Assembly: GCA_038087875.1 (NCBI GenBank)
Contig: CM075988.1
Coordinates: 21,826,001-21,890,000 of the forward strand
Source of the DNA: Malacoraja senta
Lineage: Eukaryota
Reading direction: 5' to 3'
DNA length: 64,000 nt
Positions 49,125 to 61,625 of this stretch are shown here, one piece after another. The notes beneath the pieces were generated by a model. It did no database searches, was not told the origin of the DNA, and was given only the letters and a program-made list of their open reading frames with translations. How positions within the stretch are numbered: the first letter of the stretch is position 1; every line of letters begins with the position of its first letter. Position numbers and translations under genes: made by a program.

Positions 49125-52087
49125 AGGTAGAATAGACACAAAATGCTGGAGTAACTCAGCGGGACAGGCAGCATCTCTGGAGAGAAGGTATTCCATCCAT
49201 GTGCCTATCTAAAGGTCTCATAAATGTCACTATCGTATCTGCCTCCACCACCACCCCTGGCAGCGTGTTCCAGGCACCCACCACACTCTTTGTGAAAAAG
49301 TTGTCCCGCGCATCTCCTTTAAATTTTGCCCCTCTCACCTTAATTTACCCATAAACTTATGCCAATATCAATAAGGTGCATTTTATTATCCATAAACTCA
49401 TTTGTGTTCCTACCTCAAAATATGGTGGATAACTGGAAATAACAAAACAAAGCTGGAGGCAAAGAAATGAGGTGAAACTGACTGACCTTCATATCAAGGC
49501 AGTATTTGATTTAAGTGGAGAAACAAGAAACTGCAGATGCTGGTTAACACACGAAAGGACACAAAGTGCTGGAGTAACCCAGCAGGCCAAACGGCATCTC
49601 TGGAGATCCGTGTTCTCCAGAGGTTCTGCCTGACCTGCTGAGTTACTCCAGCACTTTATGTCCTTTTCAGCATTTGATTAAGGTGGCGCAGTGGTAGAGT
49701 TGCTGCCTTACAGAGCCAGAGACCTGGGTTTGATCCTGACTACGGTGGCTGTCTGTACGGAGTTTGTACGTTCTCCCCGTGGCCTGTGTGGGTTTTCTCT
49801 GGGTGCTCTGGTTTCCTCCCACACTCCAATGACGTACAGGTTTGTAGGTTAATTAGCTTTGGTAAATATTGTACCCTGTCCCCTAGTGTGTACAGGATAG
49901 TGCTGGTGTGCAGAGATTGCCGGTCGACGCGGACTCGGTGGGCCAAGGGACCTGTTTCAGTGCTATATCTCTGGACTAAACTAAATTAAGTGAGGCATCA
50001 AGGACACTGGTAAAGTGAGACACAATGGAGCAAGGAGAACCAGCTGGGAACAGACTTCGCGACCTCCGCAATTCACTGTTGCACCGAACACCACAGCCCC
50101 ACCCGGCTCGGACCTGCCCCGCAAAGAGTGGGTCGCCCTGAACCGGCTCCGTACAGGGGTCGGCCGGTTCAACGCCAACATGCATCACTGGGGGGCTGCG
50201 TTCATCGGCAGCCTGCGTGTGTGGTGCAGACCAGCAAACAGCGCAGCAGCACGTCATTTTCGACTGCGCTGTCCTCCGCCCCCCCTGGTGGAGGGGTAGA
50301 CCTCACGGCCCTCGACAACAGCACATTGAAATGGCTGCAGCACCTGCAGGGCCTCACATAATCCCTGCTGCCTCAAACACAAGAAGAAGAAGAAGATGCA
50401 GAATGGAAATTAAGGGAAATACTCTCCACTAGGTGGAGCCAAGTCTAACACTATGCACAATAAATGTGAACCTGGAGATTAATCATACCAGCCCCAGGGC
50501 ATCATTCCAGAACTTTCCCACTGCATGGTCATTAAGGCAAGACTCCTTAAAGACTCTGGGGCTGGTATGATTCATCTCCAGGTTCACATTTATTGCGTCA
50601 AATATGGCATTGCATTGCAAGGTTAGAAGTTGGGATTTTCATAGATTGCAACATTTCTAAACTCAGAGTCATTGAGTCATACGTTGTGAGAACAGGCCTT
50701 CAGTCCAACTTGTCCACGCTGACCAAGATGCTTCATCCACACTAGTTGCACCAGCCCACATTTGGCCAACATCCCTCTAAACCTTTCCTATCAATGTATC
50801 CAAACCTGAGGAGCAACTTTTTCACAAACTGCCAGAGGATGTAGTTGAGGCAGCTGTTGTAACAACAGAGTGTCATAGAGCCATACAGGGTGGAAATGGG
50901 CCCTTCGGCCCAACTCGCCCACGCCGACCAACATTTAAAAGACATTTGGCCAGGAACATGGATCGGAAAGCTTTATGTGCCGATCACAGGTAAAGGGGAT
51001 TAGCTAAGATGTGGATAGACACAAAATGCTGGAGTAACTCAGCGGATCTGGAAGCATCTCTGGAGAGAAGGAATCGGTGACGTTTCCGGTCGAGACCCTT
51101 CTTCAGACATCTTAAGATGTGGATCTTGGTTGGTATCTTGGCCTAAGGGCTTGAGCCGTACAAATCTATGACTTAATTTCATGAATAGCTGAGGTAGACA
51201 CTGTGAAATTAAAATGTTGTCGGTTTGTTAAGTAGCTGTTATTCTAAGGTCACATCTCCTATTCTCTGTCCAATTATTGTAATGGTGTTTTAATACAGCC
51301 AAGCAAAATCACTACGTTATTCACACTCTCGTATGTGATCTCACATTTGACCTTTTCACAAAGGAATTAAAAATGCACAGCTGTCACAGGGACCATCAAA
51401 TAATTTACAGACAGCTTGTTAAGCCTTGTTTTTACATTTTCCTCTGAAGAAAAAATAATGTGCTTTGCACAAATAGAGCCATTCCTACATTAGTGAACCA
51501 GTAACCATAGGAACCAGTAACCATAGCAAATCTGCGTTTAGTTTAGTTATAGTTCAGTTTAGAGACACAGGCCCTTTGGCCCACTGTGTCCGCGCCGACC
51601 AGCGATCCCCGCACACTAGCACTATCCTACGCACACGAATGACAATTTACATTTACACCAAGCCAATTAATCTACAAACCTCTATGTCTTTGGAGTGTGG
51701 GAGGAAACCGGAGCACCCGGAGAAAAACCCACGGGCTCACCAGGAGGACGTACAAAATCCGTACAGACAGCACCCGCAGTCAGGATGGAACCTTTGCGCT
51801 GGGTCTCTGGCGCTGTAAGGCAGTAACTTTACCGCTGCGCCATCGTGCAGGTAGGCGTTCTGTGGGTTGTCCCGCGTGTGCAGGAGAGACGCGGTGGAAT
51901 GAAAGAAAGATGAACTTCCTCGGCCTCTCCGAAGCCTCCAAAGCCCCGAGGAATCAGTGAAGTAATTTGAGGCATAATTTCTTCATGATAATATTATTAT
52001 AATACATAATAAAAAATCAGTAACTATCGCAACATTTAAGTCGGCACTATTGCAACGTTTAAGAAACATTTAGACTTAGGACAGTGT

Positions 52088-52580
52088 TGATAGAAGTTGG
52101 GAGGTCATGTTGCAGTTATATAAGACATTGGTGTGGGCTGCATTTAGCGTATTGTGTTCAGTTCTGGGCAGGGTGTTATAGGACATATGTTGTCAAGCTG
52201 GAAAGGGTGCAGAGAAGATTTACAAGGATGTTGCCAGTACTCGAGGGTGTGAGCTATAGGGAGAGGTTGAGTAGGCTGGGACTCTATTCCCTGGAGCGCA
52301 GAAGGGTGAGGGGTAATCTTATAGAGGTGTACAAAATCATGAGAGGAATGGATCAGATAGATTCACAGAGTTTCTTGCCCAGGGTGGAGGAATTGTAAAC
52401 CAGAGGGCATAGGCTTAAGGTGGAGGGGGAAATATGTTACAGCAATCTGAGGGGTAACTTTTTTCACACAAAGCGTGGTGGGTGTACGGAACGAGCTGCC
52501 GGACGAGGTAGTAGAGGCAGGGACTATCACAATGTTTAAGAAGCAATTAGATAGGTCCATGCTGTATGACTCTATGACTA
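52088..52580 (+). mobile_element. CR1 LINE 3' fragment
   Basis: HLAYCVQFW..KLERVQRRFTRMLP..LGLYSLERRRVRGNLIEVYKIMRG; ACTCTATGACT tail. Confidence 0.85.
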
Positions 52581-52821
52581 TTTATTTCTTTGCAAAGTAG
52601 AAAACTACTATTTGCTGACAGTCAGATTTTACAAACAGCAACTTGACAATGGTTGGAAAAAAAATGATTGTGTTGTTTCACTATCTCCAGGATTGCGGGG
52701 CTCCAAAATTGTTACTTCATGCATTACCAATAATTTTTTTAATAATTTAATTTTTTATATATCATTTTGTGAATAGTAAGTTACAAAGCCATAGTAGTGA
52801 ATTGAAAACTTGAATAATTTT

Positions 52822-53351
52822 ACATAGAAACATAGAAACATAGAAAATAGGTGCAGGAGTAGGCCATTCGGCCCTTCAAGCCTGCACCGCCATTCAATAT
52901 GATCATGGCTGATCATCCAACTCAGTATCCCGTACCTGCCTTCTCTCCATACCCCCTGATCCCTTTAGCCACAAGGGCCACCTCTAACTCCCTCTTAAAT
53001 ATAGCCAATGAACTGGCCTCAACTACCTTCTGTGGCAGAGAGTTCCACAGATTCACCACTCTCTGTGTGAAAAATGTTTTTCTCATCTCGGTCCTAAAGA
53101 ATTTCCCCTTAATCCTTAAACTGTGACCCCTTATCCTGGACTTCCCCAACATCGGGAACAATCTTCCTGCATCTAGCCTGTCCAACGAATTTTGTACGTT
53201 TCTATAAGATCCCCCTCAATCTTCTAAATTCTAGCGAGTACAAGCCGAGTCTATCCAGTCTTTCTTCATATGAAAGTCCTGACATCCCAGGAATCAATCT
53301 GGTGAACCTCCTCTGTACTCCCTCTATGGCAAGAATGTCTTTCCTCAGATT
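52822..53351 (-). mobile_element. CR1/HER1 LINE 3' fragment
   Basis: DRLDAGRLFPMLGKSRIRGHSLRIKG..RVVNLWNSLP; (CATAGAAA)3 tail on the plus strand. Confidence 0.85.
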
Positions 53352-53546
53352 TTGACACAATTATCCATTCAGTTATCATGCTATCTTAAAATATGATCCT
53401 TAGCACCAATGTTGTTATATAGTTGTAGAGTCTTAGATTCATAGAGTCATACAGAGTGGAAATTGGGCCTTCGGCTCAACAAGCCATGCTGACTAACATT
53501 CCCCATCTATACAAGTCCCACTTGCCTCTGTTTGGCTCATATCCCT

Positions 53547-53656
53547 GGGTGAGTGGTGGAATATTGCATTGGGGGAACGGGTTGCGTTGGGGGGACGGGT
53601 GAGTGGTGGATTATTGCGTCAGGGGAACAGGTCCCAACGGGTCCCACTTGGTCTAG
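53547..53656 (+). mobile_element. Short insertion ending in CTAG (possible Helitron-like 3' end)
   Basis: Two GGGTGAGTGGTGGA..TTGC units, then CCCAACGGGTCCCACTTGGTCTAG followed by T. TATCCCT on both sides, which is atypical for Helitrons. Confidence 0.35.
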
Positions 53657-53666
53657 TATCCCTCTA

Positions 53667-54098
53667 GTAGGCCCCCCTCGGCATGACTGACCATGGGTGA
53701 TGCTTCCTGGTCGGATGCAAGCCTGGGCGATGTCATATGGAGGACAGGCTGTTGCCCATGCAGCACTTCCCCCCCTCTCCACGTCGCTGATCGATCCAAA
53801 GGAACAGCAGGGCCGTTACAGTTTGGCACCAGCGCCGTCGCAGGAGCTGCCAGAGCGAGGTTGTTGACAACGACGAACTGCCTTAGGGGCTCCGACTCCG
53901 GATTTTCTTGAGATTTACTCCTGGAGCCTTTTCCATGACTGGATATGGCCACAAGGTAGTGGAGGTTTTAAATCTGAGTTTTCCCTCTCCTAGATGGACT
54001 GCCTACCCAGGCTGACGAGCCCCATCTGCCCGAGACTCGTGGGGGCAGGAGCGTCTACCTTCCCGTGCAGGTCTATAGCCCCTGCCCACTGCCCAGAG
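53667..54098 (-). mobile_element. 432-bp RTE-derived non-autonomous element inside a CR1 fragment
   Basis: TCCCTCTA direct repeat (53659-53666, 54099-54106). Minus strand carries GGCAGTCCATCTAGGAGAGGGAAAACTC, which I recognise as an RTE-clade 5' UTR motif. No ORF. Confidence 0.55.
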
Positions 54099-55311
54099 TC
54101 CCTCTAAACCTATCCTATCCATGTACCTGATAAATGCTTCTTAAATGTTGCAACAATACCTGCCTCAACTACCTCCCCCAGCAGCACGTTCTATCTCCCA
54201 CTACCGTTTGTGTAAAATTGTTACTTCTCATATTCCAATTACATTTTTCCTCCAACTTCCCCCCCCCCCCCCCACCCCTCTTACCTTAAACACACAAGAC
54301 TGTGCGTTTACCCCGATCTATTCATCTCATGATTTTGTACACTGCAATAAGATCACCCCTCATTCTCCTGCGCTCCAAGCAATAAGGCCCAAGCCGGTTC
54401 AATCTCTCCCTATAGCTCAGGCCCTCTGGTCTTGGCAACGTTCTTGTAAATCTACTCTGCACCCTTTCCAGCTAGACAACATTTTTCCCCTAACATGGTG
54501 GCCAAAACTGAACACAATAGACAAAAGCTGGATTAACTCAGCAGGATAGGCAGCATTTCTGAAGAAGGGGCCTCGACCATGAAACATCACCCATTCCTTT
54601 CTCTCCAGAGATGTTTACTCCAGCTTATAGTTTGATAAATTCGCCTGTCCAGCACCTCCAAAGTCCTCAACATGCGGTATAATCAATAGTTTAATGGCAT
54701 GCGAGAAAATCCAATATGTCACAACGAGGCCTTCACAAGTTCACAAGTTATTGGAATAGTATGAGGCCATTCGGCCCATCGAGTCTACGCCGCCATTCAA
54801 TCTGGGCTCACTGCCTCCTAATCCCCATTTTCCTGCCTTTTCCTCATAACCCTTGACACCCATTCTAATCAAGAATGTGTCTATCTCTGCCTTAGACCCA
54901 AGATTGTCACATTTAAGATATCAGTTCTGTCTGTGGGAAATTAAACCTGATTATAATTAATCTAAGGATGATATCATAATGTATAGTAACAGTAGTTGAT
55001 GCACTTAAATATTGAAGAGATATCATTAAACTTGAACACATTATAAGCATTTCATTTTCGTGGTGACAGGGAACCTTAATATAGAATAGTTTATGAGGTA
55101 ATTCTGCCACACTATCTTTTTATTCAGATTAAACTAACAAAGAATTAATAGCTAATTTAACAAAACTGAAGATAAATTCGTCAGAGAAGATTAGGAGATG
55201 ATTTTCCATGGGATAATATTGATCTAGAGATTCAAAGCTACCACAAAGCAACTCCCTTTTTGTGGTTACATCAAAACCTAACTTGCCAAGTTCAGCAGAA
55301 GTTCTTCCTGT

Positions 55312-55630
55312 CTAGTCTAGTTTAGTTTAGTTTCGAGATACAGCGTTGAAACAGGTCCTTCGGCCCACCGAATCCACACAGACCAGCGATCCCCGCACAC
55401 TAACGCCACCCGACACACACTAGGGACAATTTACAATTTTTACTAAGCCAATTGATCTACAAACCTATACGTCTTTGGAGTGTGGGATGAAACCGGAGCA
55501 CCCGGAGAAAAATTCACACAGCCACGGGAAGAACGTACAAACTCCGTTCAGACAGCACCCACAGTCAGGATCGAACCCGTGCCTCTGACGCTGTGAGGCA
55601 TCGACTCTACCGCTGCGCCACGTGCCACCC
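55312..55630 (-). mobile_element. tRNA-derived SINE (HE1-like); further copies at ~51537-51850(-), 56831-57035(+), 58550-58845(-), 60247-60435(-), 60436-60883(+), 62600-62895(+)
   Basis: Reverse complement of the same SINE, with (TTTAG)n at the low-coordinate end. Confidence 0.85.
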
Positions 55631-55639
55631 GGTGTAAGA

Positions 55640-56180
55640 CTTTTCATCTGAAAGAAAAATGACACGATAAAATTCACAATGTTATTTGTGATCTTCAATG
55701 AAATTTGAAACCTTTTGCTGCATTAAACAGAGGTCCCTTGGAGTGTGAAGAGCTATGGTTTTTTCATTTTGCTGGGAGTGAGGGCAATTTAACAATGGAA
55801 GCGCGATTATCATAATTAATTATCCCTGTTCTTTAGCTTGGGTGACAGCCCGTTTTGAATTCAATTCTGCTCTAGCTGTCGGAAAGGTTTGTGCAGACAT
55901 CTTCAATGACCTTTGACACTCACGCCTTAATTAAATGCACTGCTCCGCCAGATTTATTGCCGATGTTAAATTGCTTCTTCCCATATCGGGAGACATCGGT
56001 CCCCATAAATTACCGAATATGTGATTGGAACTTTACTCAGCACCTACACATGGTTCACTTTAATGGGTGAATCTTCCAACATCATTGAGGTAAAAACATT
56101 GTGGCACCGCCTGGATCTATGAGAAGTATTCATTCCTAAATGACAAATTGGTCAATTTCCTGATTGCGTTAAGTGTTCCC
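55640..56180. promoter_or_regulatory. Repeat-free island, candidate conserved non-coding element
   Basis: No recognisable TE. Clustered TAATTA/TTAATTAA motifs and a DR1-like TGACCTTTGACAC at 55907-55919. Confidence 0.3.
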
Positions 56181-56610
56181 AGTTCAACCAGTACTTTCAT
56201 TCAGTCTCAGATTCTGACCTCTGTGGAACAGATATCATCCCTAGACCAGGCCCCTCTGCATCAACTCTGACCCTACAGAAACATGGCCACTCATGTGCAC
56301 TGCCTCAGTGTAATCTATTATTCGTACACTTTTGAATTTAGGTATGATGTGCTTATGTATAGTAGAATTTTTGCTGAATTTCGTGAGAAAGAACCCAATA
56401 AAGCTACGGAAAGGGCCTAATGAACCACAGTGGCCTAAAAATCCATCAGGCGAGAATGAAATGCTCGGAGAAGGAGAAAGAGGTGCAGCGCACAGGCCTT
56501 GAACCTGGTGAGACGACAGGAGGAGCCCCGGCCGGACTCACCCCACAGAGCCCAGTCCCTCCACGCACATAGAGTCTCCCAACCCCTGCAGAGTAGTTAT
56601 TAAGTTGGCT

Positions 56611-56766
56611 GATCCGTGGGCGGTTGCTGCTGGGACGCAAGTCGGGGCCTGATCAACCCCGCTGGGTCGCCTGGGCGAGGGTGTCTGATGCTGTGAGACC
56701 CGAAACTCCCGATGACCCCAGGACACATCAGTGAGGATGCGTCCCAGCGCATCTAGAAGATGTATC
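56611..56766 (+). mobile_element. Probable 3' end of an R2/HERO-like non-LTR element
   Basis: CTGATCAACCCC..GGTCGCCTGGGCGAGGGTGTCTGATG..GACCCGAAAC..GATGACCCCAGG resembles HERO 3' UTRs from memory; not verified. Confidence 0.4.
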
Positions 56767-58092
56767 TTTTCCACACTAGTTTATTTTATTTTTATCTTGC
56801 GCAGTGAAAAGCTTTATGTTGCGTGCTAATGGGTGGCACAGTGGCGCAGCACTAGAGTTGCTCACTTACAACGCCAGAGACCCGGGTTCCGACTACAGTC
56901 GATCCTGACTTCAGATGCTGTCTGTACGGAGTTTGCACGTTCTCCGCATGACCGTGTGGGTTTTCTCCGGGTGCTCCGGTTTCCTCCCGCACTCAAAAAC
57001 TGTACAGGTTTGTAGGTTGATTGGCTTCAGTAAAATGATATAAAAGTCCTGGTGAGTTTCATTCTCTGTAACTCGTTTTCATCTAGCTCACAGCTAACAA
57101 TGGCCTGTTTCCTTTATCATCATCATTTTTTTGTTGTTGCATAATCTTCCATTCATTCGTTCAATATCTCCCTACATCGCCGTCTATATCCCACGCTTCC
57201 CTTTCCCCTGACTCTCAGTATGAAGAAGGGTCCCGACCGGAAACGTCACTCATCCCTTTTCCCCAGAGATGCAGCCTGACCCCGCCTGGTTACTCTGGCG
57301 TTTTGTGTCTATCTTCGGTTTTAAACCAGCATCTGCAGTTCCCTTCCTGCACATTTCGTCTGCATTTACAACTCTTTGTTTCTACCTTCTGAAGAAGTGT
57401 CGCTCATCCGGGCCAGAGAGTTCTCAGATGATCAACAATTTAGCATCAGCTTCCACATGGGTCCCTATCAAAGATGATGCTGACGTCCCTGTGGACTCTC
57501 AACAATACCTATCAATTATGGAGAGTATAATTTTACTGGAATGTACTTTAAACAAAACATTTCACTTTCTAGCTACACGTGACAGTAAGTAACTTTCTAC
57601 GTTATATAATCCTGTGTAGGAAGGAACTGCAGATGCTGGTTTAAATAGAAGATTAGGCACAATATGCTGGAGGAACTCAGCGGGACAGGCAGCATCTCTA
57701 TCCTCCTCAACTTTAACAATACCACCGAAGCCGGAGAACCCGGAGAAAACCCAGGCGGCCATAGGGAGAAGGCACAACCCCTTACAGACATCCTTCCCTC
57801 AGCTCGGGCAAGTATATCTATAATATCTATAATAACAACAACTATCTTTACCCAACAACAAGCGACCGACCTATTTCCAGATCAGGAAGAGGGCCTGTTG
57901 GGGAGGAAGCCTTTTGTCTACTGCCTTTTGTGGCTTCTCGCCAATAAAGATTGTGGATTTGGGAGTGGGGGTCAGGGGAGAGGGGGAGGGGGTGAGAAAT
58001 TGTGGTGCATTTGGTTGGAAAAATGCACACTGTGGTTATGGTGCATCTGTGAAGGAAGGCGTCAACTCTGAGGGTGGTGGGTGGGGTGAGTT

Positions 58093-58440
58093 GGGTAGAG
58101 TGGATGTGGAGAAGATGTCTCCATGAGTGGGGGAGTCGAGAACCAGAGGCCACAGCCTCAGAATTAAAGGACTTACCTTTAGGAAGGAGATGAGGAGGAA
58201 TTTCTTTAGTCAGAGGGTGGTGAACCTGTGGAATTCTTTGCCACAGAAGGCTGTGGAGGCCAAGTCAATGGATAATTTTAAGGCAAAGATAGGTAGATAC
58301 TTGATTAGTCTGGGTGTCAGAGGTTATGGGGAGAAGGCAGGAGAATGGGGTTAGGAGGGAGAGATAGATCAGCCATGATTGGCGGAGTAGACTTGAACAG
58401 GCCGAATGGCCTATTTCTTATCCTATCACATTATGAACTT
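58093..58440 (+). mobile_element. CR1/HER1 LINE 3' fragment
   Basis: GESRTRGHSLRIKGLTFRKEMRRNFFSQRVVNLWNSLPQKAVEA. Confidence 0.85.
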
Positions 58441-59201
58441 GTTAGGAATTTATTATTTGCCTGGATGGTGTTTGGCTTCTTAAAACTTGCTGCCGAAGTC
58501 CATCCCTCCAAGGAGAGAGGGTAAGGAGCGAGATGGTGAAATTGTTTAGCCTTTAGAGGTACAGTGTGGAAACAGGCCCTATGGCTCACTGAGTCCACGC
58601 CAACCAACGATCACCCCATACACTAACACTATCCTACACACTATGGACAATTTACAATTGCCAGAAGCCAATAACCTATAACCCGCATGTCTTTGGAGTG
58701 CGGGAGGGAACCGGGAGCACCCGGAGAAAACCCACGCGGTCACAGGGAGAATACAAACACTGTACAGACAGCACCCGTAGTCAGGATCGAACCCAGGTCT
58801 CTGGCGCTGTAAGGCTGCAGCTCTACCACTGCGCCACCGTGCTGCCGTTCTAAAACATGTTATTGTTAAAAAGGAGATAATAGATGTCTTCATGGACATA
58901 AAGGTGGATAAATCCCCAGGGCCTGATGAGACGTGTCACAGGGCGCACTAATCAAGGATCAGTCTCACCCCGGCCACTCCCTCTATCTCCCCTCTCCCAT
59001 CAGGCAAGAGGTACAGAAGTGTAAAGACGCACACCTCCAGATTCAGGGACAGTTTCTTCCCAGCTGTTATCAGGCAACTGAACCATCCTATCAACAACTA
59101 GAGAGCGGGGGGGGGGGGGGGGAAGAATAAAGGAGGTCCTGGTGCGGGATAATTTGCAACTTTGACAGTGCCCTTTATGTGGCGACTATTTGCACACCTT
59201 G

Positions 59202-59420
59202 GGCAGAGACAAAGCGCAGAGACAAAGCGACAGCACTGTAAGAAGAGAGAGAAGGGGGCTCGACGACTACCAACCACCGCCAGTCTCCACCGCCCACGTT
59301 GCACCAAGGTGTGTGGATCGCGGATCGGCCTCTACAGACATCTGCAGACCCACAAGTGGACGACCCTATGGAGAGGAGAGGACGGTCATACTCATTTCGA
59401 GGGCCCGTCGATGATGATGA
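59202..59420 (+). mobile_element. RTE-clade LINE 3' end
   Basis: AETKRQH.K.RE..PRCTKVCGSRIGLYRHLQTH (terminal C2H2 motif of RTE ORFs) followed by a (GAT)n tail. Confidence 0.78.
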
Positions 59421-61049
59421 CCTTTGGTTGTGCAAGCAAAGAATTTCACTGTGGCTTGTGACATGGCAATAAAGTACATTCAATTCAATGCAATTCAATT
59501 CACTTTATGATGCATCTGTACACTCTGGATGGCTGGTTTGTAATCATTTCCCGCTGACTGATTAGCATGCAAGGAAACCTTTTCACTGTACCTCGGTACA
59601 TGTGACAATAAACGAGACTGAACTAGACGGAAATATCGCTAGCTCTTCAGATATCAGTCGGTAACTAAAGGAAATAATAGGTGATGCTGTGAGGTTTGTC
59701 ATTCCTTTCTGCTACAGGGTGTGTTCATTCGTATTATGCTAAGACTCAACCTTAATTAGACTCCAGGTTTCCAGTTTGGCAACATTGTCGGCAGACTATG
59801 TCATTATCAGCTTTGCATTCTTTCCGATGGAGCAATTGTCTGTCGTAAACGTTCTTGCAAATGCATGTGTGCTTCTACACGCCGGATGTCATTTTAGAAA
59901 CATTAGTAACACAGCACCCAAATAACAGACAACACATAACCAAATGCTGTGACTACAATCTTTGGCCAACAAAGTCAGCATTATCAAGGTAGACAAAAGT
60001 GCTGGAGAAACTCAGCGGGTGAGGCAGCAACTATGGAGCGAAGGAGGCAACGTTTTGGGCCAAAACCCTTCTTCAGCCCGAAACGTTGCCTATTTCCTTC
60101 GCTCCATAGATGCTGCCTCACCCGCTGAGTTTCTCCAGCATTTTTGTCTACCTTTGATTTTCCAGCATCTGCAGTTCACTTCTTCAGCATTATCAAGGAT
60201 CAGTCTCACTCCCTCTTCTCCCTTCTTCCATCAGGTACAGAAGTCATTTAGTTTAGTTTAGAGATACAGCGCAGAAACAGGCCATTCTGCCCACCGATTC
60301 CGCACCGACCAGCGATCCCTGCACACCAGCACCATCCTACACACTAGGGACAATTTACAGGAGCCAATTGGCCTACAAACCTGCGCGGCTTTGGAATGTG
60401 CGAGGAAACCGGACCTCCCCAGAGAAATCCCACAAGGGCGGCATGGTGGCGCAGCGGTAGAGTTGCTGCCTTACAGCGCCTGAGACTTAGGTTTGATCCC
60501 GACTATGGGTGCTGTCTGTACAGAGTTTGTACGTTCTCCCCGTGAACTGCGTGGGTTTTCTCCGAGATCTTCAGTTTACTCCCACGTACAGACGTACAGG
60601 TTTGTAGGTTAATTGACTTAGAGTCATAGGGTGATACCGTGTGCAAACGGGCCCTTCGGTCCAACTTGCCCACACCAGCCAGCATGTCCCAGCTACACTA
60701 GTTCCACCTGCCAGCATTTGGTCCATAACCCTCCAAACCTGTCCTATCCATGACTTGGTATGAATGTAAATTGTCCCTAGTGTGTGTGGGATAGTGTTAG
60801 TGTGCGGGGGTGGCTGGTTGGTGCGGACTCAGTGGGACGAAGGGCCTTTTTCCATACTGTATCTTTAAACTAAACTAAACTAAAATCTACACCAGCCGCA
60901 TCGTTCTCTGCACTCCCTCGATGTTCTTTCCCGAGGAATCCCTGAAATCCGTGGCGCATTCAGACGGTTTCTTTGGTGAGATGGTGATGGGCTGACTCCC
61001 TGGAGAATAGACAGCATTAGGGCCACCCCCATGTTAGTGTGCCCTGGGC

Positions 61050-61625
61050 ATAGAGTCTTACAACGTGGAAACAGGAAAATTGTCCAAGCCCACCAACATG
61101 CCCCATCTACACTAGTCCCACCTGCCTGCTTTTGACCCAGACACCTCTCAACATACCCCACCCACACATCTGTCTAAATGTTTCATAAACATTACGATAG
61201 TCCCTGCCTCAACCACCTCCTCCGGCAGCTCATTCCATACACCCACCTTCCTTTATGTAAAAAAATTGCCCCTCAGGTTCCCATTAAGTTTTAACCCCCA
61301 CCCCACTCACCGTAAACCTATGTCCTCTGGTTCTCAATTGCCCTACTCTGATCAAAAGTGCGTTTACCCAATCTATTCCTCTCATGATTTTGTACACCTC
61401 TATAAAATCACCCCTCATCCTCTTGCGCTCCAAGGAATATAGTCCCAGCCTGCTCACCCTCTCCCTGAAGCTTAGACCCTCGAGTCCAGGCAACATCCTG
61501 GCAAATCTTTTCTGAACCATTGGAAGCTTGACAACATCTTTCCAAAACTGGACACGATACTTTAAATGGGGCCTCACGAACGTCTTCTATATCTGTAACA
61601 TGACCTCCCAACGTCTATACTAGAC
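61050..61625 (-). mobile_element. CR1 LINE 3' fragment
   Basis: RPHLKYRVQFW..VQKRFARMLPGLEGLSFRERVSRLGLYSLERKRMRGDFIEVYKIMRG. Confidence 0.85.

Larger units (their letters stand above)
27173..51294 (+). repeat. Copy B of the ~24.1-kb duplication; all features of 2860-26972 recur here
   Basis: Collinear with copy A, with scattered SNPs and small indels (30-bp deletion near 30945, 27-bp extra near 32886, longer AATCTCT tail near 36375). Confidence 0.97.

Noticed and set aside
2860..51294. Real segmental duplication with paralogous ORFs
   Set aside because: Both breakpoints coincide with the gap and divergence is allele-like. Treated as a probable assembly artefact pending read data.
51495..51526. 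16-bp tandem duplication GAACCAGTAACCATAG x2
   Set aside because: Only two units, ordinary slippage-type event with no further structure.
53960..54098. HDV-like ribozyme at the RTE-like 5' end
   Set aside because: Hairpins exist, but I could not assign P2, P3, L3 and J4/2 in the required order.
56680..56715. Hammerhead in CTGATGCTGTGAGACCCGAAAC
   Set aside because: CUGAUG is followed by C rather than A, there is no clear stem II, and no stem I/cleavage triplet arrangement.
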